A program made the translations under genes and the position numbers. From NCBI GenBank assembly GCA_963630775.1, contig CAVGNU010000004.1, positions 859 through 64,858 of the forward strand: 64,000 nt of DNA, in the 5' to 3' direction. The notes beneath the pieces were generated by a model, which ran no database searches, was not told the DNA's origin, and saw only the letters and a list, made by a program, of their open reading frames with translations. Source of the DNA: Bacteroides fragilis (GTDB lineage: Bacteria > Pseudomonadota > Alphaproteobacteria > Rs-D84). Below, piece by piece: positions 7,986 to 17,246 of the stretch. Every line of letters begins with the position of its first letter. The first letter of the stretch is position 1.

Positions 7986-9779
7986 TTAACCAATCAACTT
8001 CTGCCAGAATGTGGTCTTCTTTTGTTGCTTCTTGCGTTTGCGACGCGGGGCATTCATGGTCGTCTTTTTTGCGTCCATATGCTGGGCATCTTTCTTTTTC
8101 GCATCGGTTGACGGTGCGTATGCGTCCAACAAATCTTCGGTCTTGTTGGTTTCCGGGGCAACACGCTGAATAGAGTATTGGTCAATATTCATCATGCTGT
8201 CATCGCCAACAATAACGATTTCTGTTTCAAATTCGGATTCCATTGATGCCAGTTCCGCGCGCTTGTGATTCAACAGGTAAATCGCAACGTCGCTGGGGAC
8301 GGTCATAATGATTTTCTGGGCACTTTTTGCCAGCAATTTTTCCTGCAAATGGCGGAACATAATCAGTGCCGCGGTCTGGATTGATGGCACGACGCCCGCA
8401 CCCAAACAGTGTGGACACTGGACATACGATGTTTCAATGAAACTGCTGCGCAGACGCTGACGCGACAGCATCAACACACCAAACGTGTTGATTTTCGCAA
8501 CCTGTGTGCGGGCGCGGTCACGTTTCATAACCTCGCGCATTTTCATTTCCAGTTTGCGGTTGTTGCGTTCTTCTTCCATGTCGATAAAGTCAACCGCGAT
8601 AATTCCCGCCAAATCACGCAGACGCAGTTGTAAAGCGATTTCTTCGGCGGCCTCTAAATTAGTATTCAGGGCGGTTTGTTCGATATCTTTTTCCTTTATC
8701 GCGCGGGACGAATTGACGTCGATTGTAACCATGGCTTCGGTCTGGTTGATAACCAGTGACCCGCCCGATGGCAACTGAACATATGGGCCATGCAATCCTT
8801 CCAGTTGCTTTTCAACGCCGGCCTTGACCATCAATGGAACGGCGGCGTCCTTGTACTGAATCAACTGTTTGCGTGGTGCGCGGCCATACATTTGCTGGAA
8901 ATACGTTTTGGCGGCATCGTATGCCTCGTCCCCTTGGATAACCAGGATATCGTCCTTGTCCGCCAAGAAATCGCGAACGACACGGCGCAACAGGGAATCT
9001 TCGGTGTGAATGGTAACGGGCGCAACAGATTCCAACGTTGTTTTGCGGATTTCATTCCACAGATTTACCAAGTAATCATAGTCCGCCGCAATAGATGTTG
9101 CGTCTGCGCCCATTGCCGCGGTACGCAGCACAACGGTCATGCCCTTTGGAATTTTCAGGCCGTGCAAGATTTCACGCAAACGTGCGCGTTCGGATTTGTC
9201 CGAAATCTTTTTGGAAATGCCATAACTGTTGCGTTTGCGGGAATTTGGCATCAAAACCGCAAAACGACCCGCCAATGACAGATATGTTGTCATGGACGCG
9301 CCTTTTTGGCCACGTTCTTCTTTGACACCCTGAATCAACAAGATTTGCTTTGGTTTAATGACGTCCTGAATCTTGAACTCGTGCGCACGTTTAACAAATT
9401 CCTTGTTATCTTCGCCGGCACTGTGGTCGTCGTATTCGGCGACCTCATCATTTTCGTCATCTGGGTCATCGTCATCATCAACGATGTTTGCGTGTGCCAA
9501 TTCCAACAGTTTCTTTTTCTGTTCTGGCGATACCTGATAATAATCTGGGTGAATTTCAGAAAACGGCAAAAATCCATTCTTGCCCGTGCCGTAATCCACG
9601 AAAGCCGCCTGTAATGACGGTTCAACGCGTATAACTTTGGCCAAATAGATGTTGCCCTTTATCTGGGGTTTAGTTGTTGTTTCAACGTCGAAATCAGAAA
9701 CACGGTTTGTGGCAGAATCCACCACCACCACGCGGGTTTCCTCTGGGTGGACGGCGTCCACATAAATCTTTTTTGACAT
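7986..9779 (-). CDS. rne: Ribonuclease E/G family endoribonuclease (short form, no long C-terminal scaffold)
   Basis: 597 aa with an S1 domain (KGNIYLAKVIRVEPSLQAAFVDYG). An acidic insert (DDDDDPDDENDEVAEYDD) precedes the RNase E/G catalytic core. Confidence 0.9.
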   Translation of the reverse strand: MSKKIYVDAVHPEETRVVVVDSATNRVSDFDVETTTKPQIKGNIYLAKVIRVEPSLQAAFVDYGTGKNGFLPFSEIHPDYYQVSPEQKKKLLELAHANIVDDDDDPDDENDEVAEYDDHSAGEDNKEFVKRAHEFKIQDVIKPKQILLIQGVKEERGQKGASMTTYLSLAGRFAVLMPNSRKRNSYGISKKISDKSERARLREILHGLKIPKGMTVVLRTAAMGADATSIAADYDYLVNLWNEIRKTTLESVAPVTIHTEDSLLRRVVRDFLADKDDILVIQGDEAYDAAKTYFQQMYGRAPRKQLIQYKDAAVPLMVKAGVEKQLEGLHGPYVQLPSGGSLVINQTEAMVTIDVNSSRAIKEKDIEQTALNTNLEAAEEIALQLRLRDLAGIIAVDFIDMEEERNNRKLEMKMREVMKRDRARTQVAKINTFGVLMLSRQRLRSSFIETSYVQCPHCLGAGVVPSIQTAALIMFRHLQEKLLAKSAQKIIMTVPSDVAIYLLNHKRAELASMESEFETEIVIVGDDSMMNIDQYSIQRVAPETNKTEDLLDAYAPSTDAKKKDAQHMDAKKTTMNAPRRKRKKQQKKTTFWQKLIG

Positions 9780-9984
9780 TTAATAATCCTTTTGTTGTGG
9801 GTTCGTATGCAACGGATACAAACCGTCCCTGTGGGGCGTCCCAGCCCATGCCAAGGGAAAGCACCATGTAAACAAATGGCGCGCAACAGAATGTATAAAA
9901 CAGTGATAATACAAACACTTCATATACCCCTTTGTCATACGACAGGTACCAGCATAACATGCGCCCCATCGTATGGCAAGGCAT

Positions 9985-11013
9985 TTATTTTTTTGTGTGT
10001 TTGATGTTTTTTATTTTCGCAGGAATCTGGGAAATTTTCTCGCGTGCTTCGTTTGCCCAACGTTTCATGCGTGCCCGCAGCCACCGTTCGTATATAAAGA
10101 ATAATCCCCCAACGCCAATCAGCGGCAAAACATAGTAAATAATTCTGTATGCCAACAGTGCCCCGAAAATGTTCGCCTTGTCAATCCCATCGGGCAATGC
10201 CAACAAGAATACGCTTTCGAATACGCCGATGCCCCCTGGAACTTGACTGAATACGCCGGTGGTCTGGGCAATAACAAACAGGCCGATATATGTCCCAAAC
10301 GGAATGTCCACAAACGAAATCAGACAGAAATACAGAACCAAGCCAGCCAGAACACTGTCGGTAATGCCCAACAACATTTGTAACCACGCCATTTTTGTTG
10401 ATGGAATTTGAAACTTTAATTGTCCGATTTTGATATGTTTACCGTGGAACAGCAGTGTCATCGCAAAATATGCCATCAACGCCGCTGCACAGAACACAAA
10501 CAGCACATTCAGTCCGATTGCTGTTCCCGCCGATGAATTTAATATGTCATGGGGAACCAAAAAATAGCCTATCAGCACAATTGCCGTACAACCCAAGAAA
10601 TACGTAAATCCCGAAATTGTCAGCATTTTTACAATATCACTGCCGTGAATGCGCCAACGTGTGTACAGGCGATATCTGATTGCACCGCCACTGACCACCG
10701 CATGACCCGCATTATTACTGATTGCGAAGCCCAGCATACCCGCCAGCATCCATTTCCACCATACGACCTTTTTATTTTCGCCGACATAATTCAATGCCAA
10801 ATAATCGTATAGCGACAGTGCTAAATACCCTGCGAAACATGCACAGCACGCCCCAATCAGGTTTGCCATTGGAATTGCCGTGATTGCGTGGATAATATCG
10901 GAAAATGCATAATTACGTAATTGCCACCACAACATAGTTGCGGCTAAAACAAAAAAGAATATGCCCGAATAACTGATGATTTTTTTTATCAGGCGTTTTG
11001 TCTGTGCTGACAT
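9985..11013 (-). CDS. UPF0104 / lysylphosphatidylglycerol-synthase-TM-region family membrane protein
   Basis: About 8 TM helices, with a C-terminal PGGIGVFESVFLLAL motif typical of the MprF-N/YbhN flippase-like family. ATG 11013 has an AAAGGA RBS; the track gives TTG 11022. Confidence 0.65.
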   Translation of the reverse strand: MSAQTKRLIKKIISYSGIFFFVLAATMLWWQLRNYAFSDIIHAITAIPMANLIGACCACFAGYLALSLYDYLALNYVGENKKVVWWKWMLAGMLGFAISNNAGHAVVSGGAIRYRLYTRWRIHGSDIVKMLTISGFTYFLGCTAIVLIGYFLVPHDILNSSAGTAIGLNVLFVFCAAALMAYFAMTLLFHGKHIKIGQLKFQIPSTKMAWLQMLLGITDSVLAGLVLYFCLISFVDIPFGTYIGLFVIAQTTGVFSQVPGGIGVFESVFLLALPDGIDKANIFGALLAYRIIYYVLPLIGVGGLFFIYERWLRARMKRWANEAREKISQIPAKIKNIKHTKK

Positions 11014-11144
11014 ATAAATCAAATCCTTTCTGATGATTGCACAGCATAACAGTATGAATAAAAAAATGCAAACGTAAAAAAAATTGCAATAATCCTGTGG
11101 TAATATATACTTATCATATACATTTTAATATATGGGGGAATAAT

Positions 11145-11861
11145 ATGATGCGTCCGTCAATGCGCCAGCCAAATCAAATGCGTCCGGTTTCCATGGAAAC
11201 GGGTATCAACAAGTGGGCCGAGGGGTCATGTCTGATAAAAATGGGTGGAACGCAAGTCCTGTGTACCGCGTCGGTTGATTTGAACCAGCCACTGTGGAAA
11301 CGTGTTCAGAATAAAACCGGTGGTTGGGTTACGGCGGAATATTCCATGTTGCCACGCGCATGCGGCACGCGCAAGGGACGTGATGCAATAACGAAAGATC
11401 ACCGCAGTGCAGAGATTTCCCGCCTGATTGGGCGCGCATTGCGCAGTGTGGTTGATATGGATGCACTGGGGCGTCATACGATTACAATCGATTGCGATGT
11501 GATTCAGGCAGATGGCGGCACGCGATGTGCATCAATTACTGGTGGTTTTGTCGTGTTGATGTTGGCGGTGCGCTGGCTGATGCAGAATGGCCGCATATCT
11601 CAGAATCCCGTGCGGGAACACGTTGCCGCGGTTTCGGCAGGCCTGTGGAATGGTGAATTGGTCTTGGATTTGGATTATGACGAAGATTGCGCCGCCGAAT
11701 TGGACTCTAACTTTGTTGTGTCTGAATCGGGACGCTTTGTTGAAATTCAGGCAACCGGTGAACAGCATCCATTTGATGCGGCGCAAATTTCCAAACTGAT
11801 GGAAATGGCGGCGACGGGGTGTCAGAAACTGATTGATTTACAAAAACAGGTTTTGGAATAA
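11145..11861 (+). CDS. rph: Ribonuclease PH
   Basis: From ATG 11145 (GGGGGA RBS) the translation is MMRPSMRQPNQMRPV.... It carries the ADGGTRCASITGG motif. Confidence 0.93.
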   Translation: MMRPSMRQPNQMRPVSMETGINKWAEGSCLIKMGGTQVLCTASVDLNQPLWKRVQNKTGGWVTAEYSMLPRACGTRKGRDAITKDHRSAEISRLIGRALRSVVDMDALGRHTITIDCDVIQADGGTRCASITGGFVVLMLAVRWLMQNGRISQNPVREHVAAVSAGLWNGELVLDLDYDEDCAAELDSNFVVSESGRFVEIQATGEQHPFDAAQISKLMEMAATGCQKLIDLQKQVLE

Positions 11862-11869
11862 ATCGGCAA

Positions 11870-13924
11870 ATGCGCAAAGAACTGTTTGATTTTTTGAACA
11901 CAGACCTGCAATTCGTCAAGGGGGTGGGGCCGGTTCTGGCGTCACGATTTGACGATGTTTTGGGTGGGCGTCGCGTGTTGGATTTTATGTTGCACGTACC
12001 GTCTTATGTGCGGGCGCGCGGCGTTACCGAATGTGTGGCGGATGGGATCGCGGGGCAAACCCTGACAATTCCATTATTGGTTAAATCGCATCGGCGTGGC
12101 GGATTTTTCCGCGGGCGTCGTGCCCCGACACAGGTTGTTTGTGCCGATAAAACCGGTGCAACGGTTGTATTACAGTTCTTTAATACGCGATTCTTGGATT
12201 ATTGGTTGGAAAAATTGCCTATTGGCGCATGGCGCATGGTCAGTGGCAAATTAGAAAAATCCGCCCGCGCAACGATAAATCACCCCGATTTTATCGAAGA
12301 AATGCAAAACGCCGGCAAAATTCCCCAGACACAGGCAATTTACCCATCAGGCGAAGGGCTAACCCAAAAAACATTCGCCGCCGTGCGCGATCAAATTTTT
12401 GCCGCATTGCCGGACAAGATGATGGGCGAAACAGATTCTGATACGCGTGAATTTTTTGATGCATTGGCGCACGTGCATTATCCCGCAGACGATGCGGATC
12501 TGGCACCAAATTCAAAATACATTGTTAAATTGGCGTATTGGGAATTATTGGCACACCAGACGGCAATTGCAATCAGTCGTCGCAACCGCCACGACCCGCG
12601 CAACCGTCGCACGGTGCGCCCCCAGAAATATAATTTGTTGGAAAAATTCTATGCCACACTGCCATTTTATTTGACGGGCGCACAAAAACGCACGATTGAT
12701 GATATCTTTGCCGATATGTCAGCGGATGTGCCGATGATGCGTCTGGTTCAGGGTGACGTGGGCAGTGGTAAAACCATCGTCGCATTGGCGGCGGCAGTGC
12801 GCATGGCAGAATTTGGGGCACAAACGGCAATGCTGGCCCCGACGGACACGCTGGCAATGCAACATTATGCCAAATTGAAACCAATGTGCGATAAAATCGG
12901 CATTGTGTGCGATATGTTGACCGGTCGGGACAAGGGGGCATCGCGTCGCGAGAAATTGATATCTTTGCGTTCTGGGCGCACGCGTCTGGTGATTGGTACG
13001 CACGCGTTATTTTCAGACGATGTGGAATACCGCGATTTGGGTCTGGTTATTGTTGATGAACAACACCGTTTTGGCGTTACCCAGCGCGAGGCCCTGCGTG
13101 CCAAGGGCGACAATCCCGACATGTTGGCATTATCGGCAACACCAATTCCGCGTACGCTGTCCATGACAATCTATGGCGATATGGACGTATCGGTGATAAA
13201 TGAAAAGCCGGCAGGACGCCTGCCTATTATCACAACCAAATTGCCGACGTCGCGAATTGCCGATTTGGTTACGCGCCTGAAATCGCAAATTGCCGCAGGG
13301 GCCAAGGTGTTCTGGGTGTGCCCGCTGGTTGATGACAGTGATGATAACGGTGCAGCGGCGGCCACCGCGCGGTACGAATACCTGCGGGAATTTTTCCCAA
13401 CGGCGGGTCTGGTTCACGGCCAGATGGATAAAAAGCAGCGTGACGCAACCATGGCGCGATTTGCCGACAATGATTCTGATATGTCAATATTGGTCGCCAC
13501 CACGGTCATAGAGGTTGGAATTGATGTCCCGCGTGCCACAATTATCGTAATTGAAAATGCCGAACAATTCGGTCTGGCGGCATTGCACCAGTTGCGCGGT
13601 CGTGTCGGTCGCGGCAATTCGCAATCGTATTGCATATTACTGTATGGCGCAAATACCAGCGAGAACGGTATGCGTCGCCTGTCGGTGTTGTGTGAAACCG
13701 ATGATGGATTTGCAATCGCGGAACAAGATTTGATGATGCGCGGTACGGGCGAACTGATTGGAACACGTCAAAGTGGGTGGATAAATTATCACTTTGCCGA
13801 TTGGCGCGAACATCGGGATTTGTTCCGATTGGCATCGGCCGCGGCACGTGATATGGACGTACCAACGCCATGGACTCGCGATTTAATGTTCATATTTAAC
13901 CGCAGGACACAGCAGGGTGCATAA
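11870..13924 (+). CDS. recG: ATP-dependent DNA helicase RecG
   Basis: 684 aa with Walker A GDVGSGKT, DEQH box (VIVDEQHRFG) and an N-terminal wedge region. Confidence 0.95.
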   Translation: MRKELFDFLNTDLQFVKGVGPVLASRFDDVLGGRRVLDFMLHVPSYVRARGVTECVADGIAGQTLTIPLLVKSHRRGGFFRGRRAPTQVVCADKTGATVVLQFFNTRFLDYWLEKLPIGAWRMVSGKLEKSARATINHPDFIEEMQNAGKIPQTQAIYPSGEGLTQKTFAAVRDQIFAALPDKMMGETDSDTREFFDALAHVHYPADDADLAPNSKYIVKLAYWELLAHQTAIAISRRNRHDPRNRRTVRPQKYNLLEKFYATLPFYLTGAQKRTIDDIFADMSADVPMMRLVQGDVGSGKTIVALAAAVRMAEFGAQTAMLAPTDTLAMQHYAKLKPMCDKIGIVCDMLTGRDKGASRREKLISLRSGRTRLVIGTHALFSDDVEYRDLGLVIVDEQHRFGVTQREALRAKGDNPDMLALSATPIPRTLSMTIYGDMDVSVINEKPAGRLPIITTKLPTSRIADLVTRLKSQIAAGAKVFWVCPLVDDSDDNGAAAATARYEYLREFFPTAGLVHGQMDKKQRDATMARFADNDSDMSILVATTVIEVGIDVPRATIIVIENAEQFGLAALHQLRGRVGRGNSQSYCILLYGANTSENGMRRLSVLCETDDGFAIAEQDLMMRGTGELIGTRQSGWINYHFADWREHRDLFRLASAAARDMDVPTPWTRDLMFIFNRRTQQGA

Positions 13925-15218
13925 GATATTTGTCTTTTTTTTATCTGTATTTTTTGCGACCGGCGCGCATGCGGTGTCGTTGATAAATGATACAGAAATC
14001 GAACGTGTGGTAACCGAACTGGTGCGCCCCATTGCCACCGCGGCGGAAATTCCAGAAAACCGCCTGCGTGTGCATATTGTGCGTGACGATGATTTCAATG
14101 CGTTTGTTATGGGGGGCGACGATGTGTATATTTATACCGGCCTGTTGATGCAAATAAAATCCCCCGACGCATTACAGGCGGTGATTGCGCACGAATTAGG
14201 GCACACAATCGGCGGCCACATGGCCCAGATGTCGTCGCGTATGGCAGCGGAAATGCAACGTGCAATGTTGATTCAGGCACTGGGAATCGGCCTGATGGTG
14301 GCGGGTGGTAATCCATCATTGGGGGCGGGGGTGCTGGCGGGTTCCAGTGGCGTTGCCCAGCAATCTATGCTGGCATTTACCCGTGACGAGGAACGTATTG
14401 CCGATAATATGGGATTAGATTTAATGGTGCGTGCGGGACAAAACCCGAACGGTTTTATTCAGGTCTTTGAACAAATGCGCGAAATCAGTGGCGCGGCGGA
14501 ATCGCGCGTGAACCCAACGCGTGTGAATCACCCGCTGACAACCGAACGATTGAAAAATGTCCGCGACCGAATTGCAAAATTGGATTACATCGCGCCTGAT
14601 GCAGACGCCGCGCGTGATGCAAAATTCCGTTTGATTCAGGCAAAATTGGTTGGTTATCTGGACACCGCCACACGCGTGCGTGAATTGTACCCATATTCGG
14701 ACAAGTCAGATGCGGCAATATACGCCCGCGCTATTGCATCAATGCAGGCGGGCAATCTGGACGCCGCGCGCGTTGGCATGCAAACACTGATTTCGCGCCA
14801 TGCGGATAACCCATATTTCTATGAATTGTTGGGCGACATTGAATATCAATTTGGTCATTATGACGACAGCGTCACCGCATATTCGCACAGTTTGGAATTG
14901 GCGGGCACCGCCCCCCAGATTCAGACCGCATTGGCACTGGTTTTGACCGAACGTAATAAATCGGGTGATGCCGCCCGCGCCATTGAATTGTGCAAGCGTG
15001 CATTACTGTCCGCGCCCGCACCATTGACGTATTGGGTGCTGGCGCGCGCGTATGGCGATGATGACGGTCGTGGCGATTGGGCACGTGCGGAATATTACAG
15101 TATGATTGGCAACACCCAAAACGCGAAAAAGTATGCAAAAATCGCGCGTCAAAAATTAAAATCAGACGCCCCCGAATACATTAAATCGGGCGATATATTA
15201 AACAAGGCAAAACAATAA
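13917..15218 (+). CDS. Exported M48-family zinc metalloprotease with C-terminal TPR region (BepA/YfgC-like)
   Basis: GTG start; signal peptide MHKIFVFFLSVFFATGAHA; HELGHTIGGH motif; TPR-like helical C-terminal half. Confidence 0.85.
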   Translation: MHKIFVFFLSVFFATGAHAVSLINDTEIERVVTELVRPIATAAEIPENRLRVHIVRDDDFNAFVMGGDDVYIYTGLLMQIKSPDALQAVIAHELGHTIGGHMAQMSSRMAAEMQRAMLIQALGIGLMVAGGNPSLGAGVLAGSSGVAQQSMLAFTRDEERIADNMGLDLMVRAGQNPNGFIQVFEQMREISGAAESRVNPTRVNHPLTTERLKNVRDRIAKLDYIAPDADAARDAKFRLIQAKLVGYLDTATRVRELYPYSDKSDAAIYARAIASMQAGNLDAARVGMQTLISRHADNPYFYELLGDIEYQFGHYDDSVTAYSHSLELAGTAPQIQTALALVLTERNKSGDAARAIELCKRALLSAPAPLTYWVLARAYGDDDGRGDWARAEYYSMIGNTQNAKKYAKIARQKLKSDAPEYIKSGDILNKAKQ

Positions 15219-15223
15219 ATGTA

Positions 15224-15255
15224 AAAAACAAACGTCCCAAAATGGGACGTTTGTC
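15224..15255. terminator. Bidirectional terminator between convergent genes
   Basis: aaacgtccca-aaa-tgggacgttt hairpin flanked by A- and T-runs. Confidence 0.6.
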
Positions 15256-15271
15256 GCGTGCCAGAAATAAA

Positions 15272-16528
15272 TTATCTGGTCTTTTGCTGTTTCGCGAACG
15301 AATAATCCATTTTCAAATGATTTGGATTATATGTGCCCTGCATGATTGCCAATGTGTCTTCAACAATGACCAATTCTTCGTTGGTGGCAACCATAAATAC
15401 TTTAACACGGCTGTCTGGTGTGCTGATTTCTGCTTCGTCAACACCCTTGCGCGCCAATGCCGTGGCATTCTTTTCCTTGTCCAGTTTGATGCCTAAATTT
15501 TCTAGTCCGGTGCAGAAACGTTCGCGCAGGTAATCGTCGTTTTCGCCAACACCCGCGGTGAATACCAATGCGTCCGTGTGACCCAATTCAGCCATATATG
15601 CGCCAATGTATTTTTTTACATTGTGAACCTCGGTATCAATGGCCAAACGACATTTGTCGTTGGTGCCCTTGTTTTCTTCGACATCGCGGCGATCGGCATA
15701 GCATTCGGTCAGCCCCATCAGACCAGAATCCTTGTTCAAATGTTTTTGCATTTGATCCGGTGTCAGGTGCAATGTGTTCATAACATACAGAACCGCACCC
15801 GGGTCCAAATCACCTGGGCGTGTACCCATGGTCAGACCGGCGGTTGGTGTCATACCCATTGATGTATCAACGGAAATACCGTTTTTTATTGCAGTGGCCG
15901 ATGCGCCCGAACCAATATGCAGTGTAATCAGATTGCACTGGTCGGCGGGTTTGCCCAACATTGCGGCCGCACGTTTGGAAACATACAGGTGCGATGTCCC
16001 GTGAAAACCATAGCGACGCACGCCTAGTTCACTATACCATGCCGATGGCACAGCATAGCGGAATGAATAATCTGGCATTGTCTGGTGGAATGCGGTATCA
16101 AATACGGCAACCTGTTTTGCGTTTGGCAACAACTGTTTTGCAGTAATCACACCACGCAGGGCGGCAGGGTTGTGCAGTGGGGCCAACGGTGACAGTTTAT
16201 CGATTGTTTTCATAACATCATCAGTGATTTCCACAGATGACGCAAATTTATCACCACCCATAACGACACGGTGACCAACACCCTTGATTTCATTCAGGTC
16301 AATGGACGCTTCGCGTAACATAAACAGAACGACATTCAACGCCTCGTCATGATTTTTCATAACGGTGTCTTTGCGTTGTTTTGTGCCGTCTGGATATTTC
16401 TGTGTAACAAAAGAATCCGGTAAACCGATTTTTTCAACGTTACCGCCAACGATTGCTTTCTTGGACGCCGCGTCGAAAACCTGATACTTCAATGATGAAG
16501 AACCGCAGTTCAGTGCAAGTATGTACAT
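15272..16528 (-). CDS. ackA: Acetate (propionate) kinase
   Basis: From ATG 16528 the translation is MYILALNCGSSSLKYQVFD...; ASKHA-family motifs run throughout (GFHGTSH, FTAGVGEN). Confidence 0.92.
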   Translation of the reverse strand: MYILALNCGSSSLKYQVFDAASKKAIVGGNVEKIGLPDSFVTQKYPDGTKQRKDTVMKNHDEALNVVLFMLREASIDLNEIKGVGHRVVMGGDKFASSVEITDDVMKTIDKLSPLAPLHNPAALRGVITAKQLLPNAKQVAVFDTAFHQTMPDYSFRYAVPSAWYSELGVRRYGFHGTSHLYVSKRAAAMLGKPADQCNLITLHIGSGASATAIKNGISVDTSMGMTPTAGLTMGTRPGDLDPGAVLYVMNTLHLTPDQMQKHLNKDSGLMGLTECYADRRDVEENKGTNDKCRLAIDTEVHNVKKYIGAYMAELGHTDALVFTAGVGENDDYLRERFCTGLENLGIKLDKEKNATALARKGVDEAEISTPDSRVKVFMVATNEELVIVEDTLAIMQGTYNPNHLKMDYSFAKQQKTR

Positions 16529-16582
16529 TTGTTTCCTCTTTGTTTTATTGCGCCACCAGCATAGCAAAGTATTTTAGGTGTT

Positions 16583-17140
16583 TCAACAGTAAACTCTGAA
16601 TATTGCGCGCCAATTTTCAGGGGTGATTTTTGTCGTAATCCCTGTGTCGTGGTGCGAAACCCAGAATGCTTCGCCACCAACCATTTGCACACAATGCAGG
16701 CCATCCGTCGACGTATACGTCATTGGTGCTGGATTTGTGCGTGCACCAATGCCAAATGACGCGACCGTGTCGCCCGCGCTGTATCCGCATTCGGCGGATT
16801 TGCAACGCAATACGACATTTGCAAATATTGGCGTGCGTGCGGTGTCAAAAATATATTCCTGACCCGATGTGTTGGTGATTGCAATTTCGGGCGACGTCAT
16901 AATTTCGGGCGCACGCGCCGACATACGCGCAAACAGTGCCGCCCAAAATTCGTCTGATACCGATGTAATGTCAAAAACGCCGCCATCACCCGCGCGCGCC
17001 AGTGCGAAACCGCCCAGTGTTTCGCCATCGTGCACACGCAGTGTTTTTGCATCGGTGTCCATTGTGATTTCGCCCGCCATTCCTGTAAAGTTATCGTTTT
17101 GTGACGCGTTGCCACGCCGAATTTGTAAAACTCGTGCCAT
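16583..17140 (-). CDS. Orphan phage tail-fibre-like protein (Mtd-N-type N-terminal domain)
   Basis: From ATG 17140 (AAAGGAA RBS) the translation is MARVLQIRRGNASQNDNFTGMAGEITMDTDAKTLRVHDGETLGG. This matches the 'IQLRRGT...L..GE...DTD...L.VGDG.T.GG' N-terminal module common in tail fibres. The C-terminal ~130 aa is unassigned. Confidence 0.6.
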   Translation of the reverse strand: MARVLQIRRGNASQNDNFTGMAGEITMDTDAKTLRVHDGETLGGFALARAGDGGVFDITSVSDEFWAALFARMSARAPEIMTSPEIAITNTSGQEYIFDTARTPIFANVVLRCKSAECGYSAGDTVASFGIGARTNPAPMTYTSTDGLHCVQMVGGEAFWVSHHDTGITTKITPENWRAIFRVYC

Positions 17141-17172
17141 ATAAATTCCTTTTATGTTGATTGATTTTTTGC

Positions 17173-17199
17173 AATAAAAAACACCGCCATTGGCGGTGT
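17173..17199 (-). terminator. Intrinsic terminator after the 801-aa gene
   Basis: On the minus strand: acaccgcc-aatg-gcggtgt followed by ttttt. Confidence 0.6.
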
Positions 17200-17246
17200 C
17201 GTTATGCGACATACTATATCACAAATTGCCGAAAAAGGCAAGGGCG

